Below are positions 40,474 to 49,476 of a stretch of DNA of 49,476 bases, piece by piece. Position numbers and translations under genes: made by a program. Positions within the stretch are counted from its first letter, which is position 1. Each line of letters begins with the position of its first letter. Below the pieces are notes generated by a model, which did no database searches, was not told the origin of the DNA, and saw only the letters and a program-made list of their open reading frames with translations. Source of the stretch: Bigelowiella natans CCMP2755 (taxonomy: Eukaryota > Protista > Cercozoa); assembly GCA_000320545.1 (NCBI GenBank), contig ADNK01001670.1:1-49476 (forward strand), in the 5' to 3' direction.

Positions 40474-40860
40474 GAGAGAGAGAGAGCGAGGCTGGCGTAG
40501 AGACGCTATGAATTGGATGCTAGATAATTTCTCTCTCTCTCTCTCCTTCCTCTTCCTGTTGCAATGCGAGCAGGGAACATCAATGAACAAAAAACAAGTG
40601 TCGGAGAAGCAATTGGAAGAATGGGCGTCTCAGGTATTTGTACCTTTTATCGGGGAAGTAAGTGGTGCTCTTGAAGTCTGGCCATGAATCGAGAAATGAC
40701 CATATCCTTGTAAAGACAAAGTCAAGTTGCGCCTGTGGTTAGGGGGGGGGGGGGCAAATATTTACCCATGCTGTCAAGTCATCTTGCCTCACGTAGACTT
40801 TCATTCCAGGTCGTCCAAGAAATCAAAATGTCTTACTCGAATAAGAAAGCTCCATGGTGA
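36804..40860 (+). CDS. TTLL2: Tubulin-tyrosine-ligase-like protein (TTLL; TTLL2-like probable polyglutamylase)
   Basis: Spliced motifs WNLYW, [105 protein letters not shown] and DKIVKVPM. The family is clear; the subfamily call (GCKW, [9 protein letters not shown]) is less so. Confidence 0.9.
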
Positions 40861-41139
40861 TTATATGATGCAACCCACAAGCTATGTTCGAATGATCCAG
40901 AAAAAAAATGAATCAGCGTGAACAATGCTATGATGAGAGAAAGTGTGGATACGTGTGATGTAGGTGAAAAATGTAACGTAGTTATGAGATGTAAGAAAGG
41001 TCGTTATGTTCGCATGCACGATGTTCAACGTAAAATAGCGAGTGATTGAAATCATAGATACGATGTTGTCGTTGCTCGGATGCTGCAGCTTGGCGTGGTG
41101 TAAATTAATTTTCAATGTGTGCTCTACTAAATGTATGAG

Positions 41140-41600
41140 ACGGATGTAATGAAATTGTCACAATTTTTCTCTTGCGACATGATCGGAGCTCCACCTGCTG
41201 CTAGCTAGCCAGGCTAGCTAGCCAGGCTAGCTAGCTAGCCTAGTAGCTAGGCCTGCACGTATTTCTCGATGTGGTAGGAGCTGCTGTATGTGTACAAATC
41301 AAAACACTCTAGCACTGCGCACGCCAGCATGGCTAGATGGATCGAGCACGAGCCCTACTAGCTTAGCTTGCTAGCTTGTACGTTGCGCGCACGATGTCGG
41401 CATAGGTTGAAGTATGGAAACATACAACAACCATTGATGATACGTACAGCCCAGCAGCTTTGTATCCTAGCTAAATAGCTAGCTAGCGTGGTGCCGCAGG
41501 CATGCTAGCGCACCGATAGCTAGATAAATGTAATCAGTAATCATGCTAGCATGGCGTTTGTTCGGCCTCGGCAGATTCTGCTAATAAATCTCTCCGCGTT
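41140..41600. repeat. (GCTA)n / GCTAGC-rich island in convergent spacer 4
   Basis: gctagctagccag-gctagctagccag-gctagctagctagcc at ~41200-41240, plus many further gctagc sites. Confidence 0.7.
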
Positions 41601-41949
41601 CACGTTGCTAGTGGAAAAAATGATAGAGACTGAGTAAATGATTTTTCTTTCATTTGAAATCCAGATTGCGATTTCTAATATAAACTTTACATGCGATCAA
41701 TTGAAAAAATAGTATGGCTGTGTGTTGGAAGTAGGTTTGTTGTTTACAGCTTGCCTTCGCCGATCATCGATGGCGCAGATATAAGTGCGTCACTCGAGCA
41801 ATCAAAGCGATATGGCTCCTATTTCGGTGCAGAATTCAGATACTTTCCACATAATTTTCATCCCATCTACGAAGATGTACTGCTGTCATGATACAATCAA
41901 CACGATCAAGGCTCACTCATTGTACTCTTCCCATCAGGTTGCTTTACCC

Positions 41950-44900
41950 TCAAGGTTGCAATCGTTTATTGCGGCCTTGATAGAAGCGCTCTGCGGCCTC
42001 AGCATCAGAAGTCATCGTGAAATTGAGGACGCCCCCCTTGAGGAGATCTGCATACTTTACGCGCAGGTCGGTGAGCGGCTGGCCGTTGAATTCTACCCTT
42101 TCCACGTAGGGGGTGGAGGCGGTGTTGCCTTTCGCTAGGATGCGCAGTGTAGCGTTGGCCGCCAAATGGAGCGTAGCCTCCTCGAAGAGCGGAGAGCCGA
42201 TCTCATAGTAATCGCTACCAGGTACTAGCTGGTAAAGCCCAAGAGCAGTGAGAACGAACCACGACGCCATCTCTCCATTGTCCTCGTCGCCGGAGAACCC
42301 GGTCTTGTAGCCGTATGCTGTATCCACCGTTGTCCTGAGCCATTTTTGGCCGAGAGACGGGCAGCCAGCTCCCTTCGCCATGTACAGGACATGGTGGACG
42401 GGTTGGTTGTTGTGCTCGTATTGCCCGAAACAGTTGCGAGCCATTTCAACCTGCTCGTGGTGCAGGCCCCAGTAGCCGAGGTGGAACGTAGCTGGCATCG
42501 TCATCATCTCCTCAAGGGCGCGGCACATCACCTCGCCCCCGCCGTATTCTTGAGCCAGCCCTTGGGGATCATGCGGCACATAGAAGCGATATTGGTACCC
42601 AGAGGCCTCGGTGTATTCACCGTTGCTTCCGCCCCACGCAAAAACATCGAAGTCGGTCACAAACGAGCCGTTCTTGAACTTGGCTTTGAGGAAACCTGGC
42701 ACCCCAAAGGAGCCCCCAGTAGCCGTTTGGTCGAAGAGCAGTCTCCAGTTGGCGGCGCGCTTAAACAGGGCCGCCGCGTCCTCCTTCTTACCGAGTTTCT
42801 GTGCGGCCATGGCTATGCTGTAATCAGCTAGCATGAAGTTGAGCGTCCCTGCGACCTGGTTCTGGTTGTCGCCATCCTCGGGCAAGTAGCCGTACTTGAT
42901 GTAGTCGCCTAGCCCTGCCCTCCCCTTCTTCGAGCCAATGGGCGTGACAGTGAAGGCGTTCTTACGAATGGCCTCGTATGCAAGCTGCACGTCGTCCTCG
43001 TCTTGTAGGACATCGCCGCGTAGGATCGCATCCGCGATGACGCAGTCTTGCATGGTAGACGCCATAGCGCCTCGCTCACCGGGGCTAGGCCATCCAGGAA
43101 GCCACCCCTGCTCTTTGTAGGCGTTGAGCCAGCCTCGAATGCTCTTGTGGTATTGATCGGGGTGTACCAGAGCGGTGAGCTGGTACAGGGTGCGGTATGC
43201 GTCCCAGAACCCGGAGTCCGTCATGATCTCCCCAGGAAACGTGCGCCCCATAGAGTCGTAGGGGGAATAATGAACCAGAGAACCTTCAATTGATGGTAAT
43301 GGTACTTGGTGGTGGTGGTTGTGAGCAATGCATTGAGAATATTTACCCAAAAAAAAAAAACGGGTTTTCACACGCGGGGGAAGGTGATCGTGGCATGCTT
43401 GTGTGACCAAGTACATATCCCCCCCTCTTGCCCATCTCTCGGCCAAAGTTGTATACATTTGCGTTGGCTCAGGAATGAATGCTTTTCTCACCGTTTTCGG
43501 CGATTTCGGCCAGTGATCGTGGGAAGATGGAGGCACGGTACATGCTCGAGTAGAACAAATCCAGGCGTTCCTTGTCCTTGGGGTCCTCATTCCGCGAGGG
43601 CTTTTCCACCTCAATAGCGCTCAAGACCTTCATTATCGTTTCAAACAGGCCATCTTCATTATAATCACTGCTATCACTGTGCAAACTGCAACACACGCAC
43701 ACACGCACACACGCACACACGCAGGCACACCCCTACCTCGTTCCATCGCTGCCTAGACTCCTTTGCGACATCCTCGAAGCTCTTCGTCTTCGGCAGCTCT
43801 CGGTCGAGGTTCAGCTTGGCCTGCTCCGGCGAGATGAATGACGTCGCGACGCGAATGGTTATCTCGGAAACAGTTGCTGGATCGAATTCAAGGAACGCTT
43901 CCAGGCCTTGATCGTACATGTTGTCTGACACATTCTGCTTGATGCCCGCCTTCATAGCAATTGGAGGCTCGGTTTCGAGATGGAAGTAATGGTGAAACTT
44001 GGTCTCGACTGACTCCGGGCCAAACCCCTTCTTATACCCAGAGAAGTGGCTCGACGAGCCGCCGTTGTACATGGCGAGAGTCTTGATCCAGCAGCATGGA
44101 AATGCGTCACTGCAGTTGAAACGGTCGGACAGAGGAGGAGCCGACGATGATGATGCCATCATTGATGATTTCGGGAAATCCAAAGTCCAAGCTCTGCAAC
44201 CATCGTCAGCGCAACACTGAGCCTTGCACTCATTAGCGGCTGCCTCCATATCATCCGTAATATTAACCTGGAAGCGGTAAAGATCGTTTCCAGAATAACC
44301 GACATTTTTCACCGTTTGGGAAGTCTCCATGCACGTATCTCCACCCTGCTGCTGCTGCTGCCTAACGTCGGTCTTAAGGTTGTGTGGTACTCCTCCAGAA
44401 TTGGCTTGTGTAAAACCAGTGATAGACGCAGGGGATGCAACAGCGTTGATTGCATCAGTCAAGTTTGAGCCAAGAAGGAGACGAACTCGGCGTGTCTGGT
44501 CCCAACCTGCCCATATTAGCACTCACAGTCACCGTCTATTCCGATTAATTTTTGACAAAAAAAGTTGCGCGGGCTTTTCTCCCTTCTCAACGCTGCTGAT
44601 AATTCAGTTTTATAATGAGAGTGACAGGGGTTTTTGAGGGATGTAAACAGTGAAAAACTAAAGGAAATATGTGAAAATTTCTTTTAGATATGACCCGTGG
44701 TCTGCATGCTAGGGTTATAGGGCGGGAACGTGAGTTTGATGATAGCCCCCCGCTCAGTTCCTGTGAGGTTTAGAGTCAAACAATTGCCCTTCCCATCGCA
44801 GTGGGTGTCGACGACAGTATCCATCCGATAAGGGGAGTAGAACGTGTCCCTGAACGTGTTGCATTTGTTGGGATATTGGCTGCGCATCCACCCCATTTCA

Positions 44901-45539
44901 GGAACGATGAGAAAGTTTCCATAGTCGTTGATCCACGGTGACGGCTGATGGGTGCAACGAATTCCGTACAATTCCATATCCTCTGGATGAAACCACCAGG
45001 ACCTGTCGTCGGGTTATTATTTTTTACGTCAAACGAAGCTTCGGTGCAGTTTTTATCATCCTAAATACGACACTGTTTGACCCCTTACTTTGAGCCTGCA
45101 GCGTTGGGTTTGTAGTTATTGGTCTGAGGAGTCCACTGGTTCATGCCCCATGGCCGACCAATGAATGGAAGGATCTGGCACGTACACAGTGATGGTTATT
45201 TCCTTCGTTTGAATGTAATGAACAAGGGGAATAGATTTTACATTTCCGACGCTGAAGTCAATGCGCGACTTGGTTCCACTACCCAGTTAGTGACGAAACA
45301 AAAAAAACGTGTCAGGGATTAGTACTATCAGGACATGTGCTGGTGGTGTGGTCGAGAGTCTATTCGAATGAGTTCTTACAGAAGGATATCAACATGATCC
45401 ACGGGGTCCTTGGTGCCAAGCACCTAGTCAAACAGGATTTTCAGAATACTAATAGAAACTAACAAAATTGGCGTACCTGGGCACTCCCTAGGAGGAGGGC
45501 AAAGGCAGGCAAAAAGCCGCAGAACGAGGTAGACACCAT
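41950..45539 (-). CDS. Secreted glycoside hydrolase family 92 alpha-mannosidase with PAN/apple insert, 8 exons
   Basis: Signal peptide MVSTSFCGFLPAFALLLGSAQ; DPVDHVDILLGT; PWGMNQWTPQT; GIRCTHQPSPWINDYG; TSFISPEQAKLNL; TDSGFWDAYRT; YTEASG; YEHNNQPVHH; GDEDNGEMASWF; YEIGSPLF. All introns are phase-consistent GT-AG. Confidence 0.95.
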
Positions 45540-46026
45540 CTCTCCACCCGGTTGCTAATTTCTGTGCAAACAGTTGGTAAGATCCATTAAGGTGCTAGGT
45601 ACACATAGCTTTTAGCATGAAGCAATCAGTTATGTTATTACGACACAAGATTATGCTCTTTTTCATGAGAAACAATTAATATAAATCATTCATGTGGTAA
45701 GATCCAATGGAGATCTTGAGATTAAATGGGGTCCTTATTAGCAGGTTTTCTCGTGGTTGTCGCAAGATAGGAATCCTATACATTTCTAACCTAAATTTCA
45801 ATCACCTCTGCAAAACTCAACCTCTTTAGCGTCGTCTTTCTAGAAGTACCATCAGACGGTACCCCACCTTCGATACCTGGGATAAATCCTCGAATATAAA
45901 AACCATATCTATGTCGTAGTATGAAAATATCTTGCATCTACGATTGTGAAAACTATATTTTGTGTGTAAGATTTAAGGGCGCATCGGCATCCGACGTTCG
46001 GACACGTCGGGAAGTATGATTTGATA

Positions 46027-47088
46027 ATGTCCATGCAGACGAGCATAGGGCAAACGGTCTCTGTCTATGGTGAAAATGTTGTGCTTTCCCCCAAAGCGGG
46101 GAAGAAGGATGAGAAGCAATCTCCCGCACCCACGTCGAAAGAAACAGTGTCGAAGAAAGGACTTGTGCTGTGGGGGAATAATACTTGTCCGTACGTCCAA
46201 CGCGTGCGAATATCTCTCGCTGAAAGAAAGCTTAAATATGTCTTTAAACTTGTCGACGTTGTTGGCACCAAGTCCTCGAAATTTGTTGCTTTGTATGCAA
46301 AAGCAATACCTCATCACCGTAAGCGACCCTGTGTCCCTTTGCTGGAAAATCGTGATGATTTGTCTTCCAGTACATCGGATGTAGCTATCATCCCTGAATC
46401 TTCGATTATATTAGAATATCTGGAAAATTATTTTAGATCCGACAAAGATGTCCCGTCTCTACGACCGGAAGGTGCATTATTGAGTGCCCGTTGCAGTCTG
46501 TACGTGCAACTGTTTCTCCAAGAGATGAAGCCACTTACGTATGAGATTCTAAATGCTGCGACGATGTCGGCTCTAACAGATATCGTTGATAAAGGAAAGC
46601 GAGCGTGTAACATGCTTGAAGAACAGTTGAAATGTATAGAACATGCTCGTTCAGGCAGTGATTCAGACGGTGAAGTGAAAGCGGAGGGCGAGATTAAAAA
46701 TCGCCCAAAGCAAGATTGTTTCGTTCTGGGTGACTCCTTCAGTCTTGCCGAGGCAACGCTTGCCCCCCATCTCCAGCGATTAGTCTTTATTGCTCCAAAG
46801 CTCCGTCGTGAGATCATCACTACAACTAGAAAGCCTAATGCGAACGGTCTTGACCTTTTCAAGCACGTTTTCGGGGCCGACAAATGTCCCCGATTCTGCA
46901 GATGGGCGAGCGCAGTCCTATCACGTCCGAGTGTAGTCGCAACATTCAACGAGGAGGAAGTTACGGAATTAATGAAAAGGGGCGTTGTAGTTTGGAAGGA
47001 TGCAGGCGGAATGAAGGGTTTTAAAACTAGGATGGAGCAAGCAAAAGCGGGGTTGTTGGTCCATTTATCAGCCCGCAGCCGAAAATGA
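46027..47088 (+). CDS. Glutathione S-transferase, cysteine-type (omega/lambda-like)
   Basis: The 355-aa ORF has TCPYVQRVRISL, VPLLE, ESSIILEYLE, FVLGDSFSLAEATLAP and RWASAVLSRPSV. First ATG is at 46027; short upstream exons (e.g. from ATG 45727) cannot be excluded. Confidence 0.88.
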   Translation: MSMQTSIGQTVSVYGENVVLSPKAGKKDEKQSPAPTSKETVSKKGLVLWGNNTCPYVQRVRISLAERKLKYVFKLVDVVGTKSSKFVALYAKAIPHHRKRPCVPLLENRDDLSSSTSDVAIIPESSIILEYLENYFRSDKDVPSLRPEGALLSARCSLYVQLFLQEMKPLTYEILNAATMSALTDIVDKGKRACNMLEEQLKCIEHARSGSDSDGEVKAEGEIKNRPKQDCFVLGDSFSLAEATLAPHLQRLVFIAPKLRREIITTTRKPNANGLDLFKHVFGADKCPRFCRWASAVLSRPSVVATFNEEEVTELMKRGVVVWKDAGGMKGFKTRMEQAKAGLLVHLSARSRK

Positions 47089-47149
47089 GTGGAATCGAAA
47101 GAGTGGTACGTGCAGGGCGGGGGTGACCAGAGCGGATGATGCTATAAAA

Positions 47150-47450
47150 TTAAGCTGTAGAAAGCCATGTTTCATAATAATTATGGACGTGCAACATGCG
47201 AGCATGCTGCATGCACTCTATTCTCATATCATCAAAATCATCATCTTCGCTCTGCTAGCCTGCATGGCAGCCAAACTAGCTAGCTAGCAAAGCGGCTGTA
47301 CGTGTGTCGACGTCTGTAGCTATTTATAGCAGCGCTGGCGCCTGCACACGCCACACGTACGTAAGCACACGCTCTTGCAAGCTATGCTACAATTCTAGTA
47401 GTGCCTGCTGCGGCTTGTCTACGCAACTAGTGTAATTGCTGTGCTATGTA
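47150..47450. repeat. GCTAGC/GCATGC-rich island in convergent spacer 5
   Basis: actagctagctagc at ~47276 and gcatgctgcatgca at ~47202. Confidence 0.6.
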
Positions 47451-47526
47451 AGATAATCAATTTGACGTATGAATTTTCAATTTCAGATAATAGAACGTGA
47501 GTTCGAAAGCAACAGTCTGCATATTA

Positions 47527-48687
47527 CTAGCTTGGTATAGGAGGGGGGGGGGCAGGCAGCTGAGGATCAGATGGTATTTCCGGCCGATGCGATGAAGCAT
47601 GATCTGTCGACCTGGGTTTCGGCGTATTCTGCTGTGTTTCACGAGAAACTCTGAAAGAAAGCGATTTCCGCTCGTGCTGGCGTAGTTGCTTGATCGTGGT
47701 CTAGTCGAAGCCGCAATAAAACATTAATATACAAATATCTCAGTAAACGAAGACGTCAGAGATGCTTCATAGCCTCTTCCTACCGCTACGACGTAGCGAC
47801 CAAAAATATAATTTTTAGAGAGGTTTTGGCGGTACTCACAACGCCGGTGGCGACATGGCATTTCCCATGCGACAAAACCAAAACCATCGTCGAGGTTTCT
47901 CGCAAGCATTTAGCAACTACGACGACGCGAAGACTCTGTACCCATCGATACATCACAGTATATATACTATTCACTCTCGTTATGCTGCTTTGTGACCTTT
48001 GAGATCCTGAACTTGAGGATAGCATCCATAAGCGCGTTTTCATCTTCCAGCTGATGAATTTATACACACACACACACACACATACACACATGTATGTATA
48101 TTATAAGTATATGCATCTTCGCAGAAATTCGTTGTACTTCCTCATGCGTGTCGTACTACACGCCAACAAAGAGCTCTGCTGCGGCAGTAGCTGCTTGAAT
48201 GTGTTGTGCTATGAGCATGGGTGCATACTACTACTACTACTACTACTACTACTACCCCTTCTCCAATGGTTGTGATGACATTGTAAAGCTCTCCCTCATT
48301 CTGAGCTGACAATACGCGCTCCTAAACGATATTATCATTGAGATGATTATGGTGCCATTTCTGGGATGATATTTGGAGGTAAAAATTCAAAAGAGTTATT
48401 CCACCACGCCTCTGTGTCTAACGACGGTCTCTCTTTCCTGTCCCCCCCCTCCCCTTTCTCCTCCTTCCTACCTGCTGGAGGTGTAACACGGCTAGAGACA
48501 CCCAAAACAGCACGTGGGAGCCATGGATGATTACCAGATCCCAAACCTTTTACACACGACAGTAAGACACGACGAAGAATGATGATGGTGGTGGTGATGA
48601 TGATGATGCTGAGATAAAAAGCTATGCAAAGAACACTGCATTTTGATGAAACTGCTGCACACAGCATTTAGTATTCAGTGCCAACAG

Positions 48688-48724
<37 letters not shown>

Positions 48725-48725
48725 C

Positions 48726-48760
<35 letters not shown>

Positions 48761-49476
48761 CGAAATGGGTTGTTACCCTAATGGTGAGATGAATCGGAAT
48801 GACTCCCACAAACAAGCAAACGAACCTACTCAGTAGCCGCGCAAAGGAAATAATCGGAAAATAGAAACACATACAGAGAGAGAAAGAGAGAGAAAGAGGT
48901 GGAGGAATAGAGGACAACGAAGAACAAAGAATATTATTTGGTAAAAGGAAGAGGAAAGGGTGATAATGACAGCACCGCATTCCATCCATGCATACAACAT
49001 CGTAAAATATGTGATAAAAGTAGCACTAAAACCAGGCGGTATGCGGCATATATCTGGTTAATAGTACCACTGAAGGCTAGCAGCAGAGAGATTAGTGTCA
49101 AGCTTCTTTAGATGGCGGGCTATTTGAGGCATCTTCTTCGAAACGAGGGTCTATTATCACGGTAGTATTCCACAAAGAGAGAGAACAGTCCAGGTATTCG
49201 TGCATGTAGCTACTTGTGTGTGCATGACAACTCTGAAACACCCCCTTTCCCCCCCCACCCCCCTCCCCACCCACACACATACACACATATACACACATGC
49301 TAACGTACAATCACACAAATCACCGGACAGGTTTTTACCTGTAATACCCTCGTATCTGCCACCGCACCGATCAATGAATCGCTAAAGTAGCTGTTCCATG
49401 TTCACAATGGCATTTTCGGGGGAGGGGGGGGGGGGAAAGGATGAAAACAAAAAAATTAGTAACTCCATCAACATAC
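47527..49476 (-). CDS. TBC-domain Rab GTPase-activating protein, 3' part (5' end beyond the right edge)
   Basis: Joined exons read YFSDSLIGAVADTRVLQ|TLVSKKMPQIARHLKKLDTNLSAASLQW|FVCLFVGVIPIHLTIR|VWDLVIIHGSHVLFWVSLAVL...|ERVLSAQNEGELY|LEDENALMDAILKF|TTIKQLR..PPPPIPS*, matching the TBC C-terminal consensus. Confidence 0.88.

Noticed and set aside
47070-47088. GST C-terminus SRK as a peroxisomal PTS1
   Set aside because: Terminal Lys does not fit the [SAC][KRH][LM] consensus.
49290-49395. Apparent frameshift in the TBC gene (GYY / KNLSGDLCD)
   Set aside because: The third frame YFSDSLIGAVADTRVLQ with a GTAAAA donor fits the TBC consensus and the phase.

Overview
Intron-rich, microsatellite-laden eukaryotic nuclear DNA, probably from a protist. 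Signal-plus-basic N-terminal leaders and a TTLL gene suggest a flagellated alga with a complex plastid, such as a chlorarachniophyte, but this is inference only. No prokaryotic operons, CRISPR arrays, rRNA or tRNA were recognised. Manual GT-AG splicing gives about 11 genes in strictly alternating orientation: vWA-like (-, partial), serine/threonine dehydratase with an N-terminal extension (+), a ~15 kb FN3-like/DENN/2xDEP/C2/DUF3011-like/LRR gene (-), a small 4-TM protein (+), an unknown gene (-), a PDZ protein ending in CaaX (+), a signal-peptide/RG-rich protein (-), a TTLL2-like tubulin ligase (+), a GH92 alpha-mannosidase with a PAN/apple insert (-), an omega-like GST (+) and a TBC Rab-GAP (-, partial). 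Head-to-head gaps are short (about 160-490 bp where both starts can be placed). Each of the five tail-to-tail spacers carries an island rich in GCTAGC/(GCTA)n, TGCA and CATG. Two islands hold long frames broken only by TGA/TAG stops, which suggests C->T-decayed relic coding DNA. Exon boundaries are hand-derived and several are uncertain.
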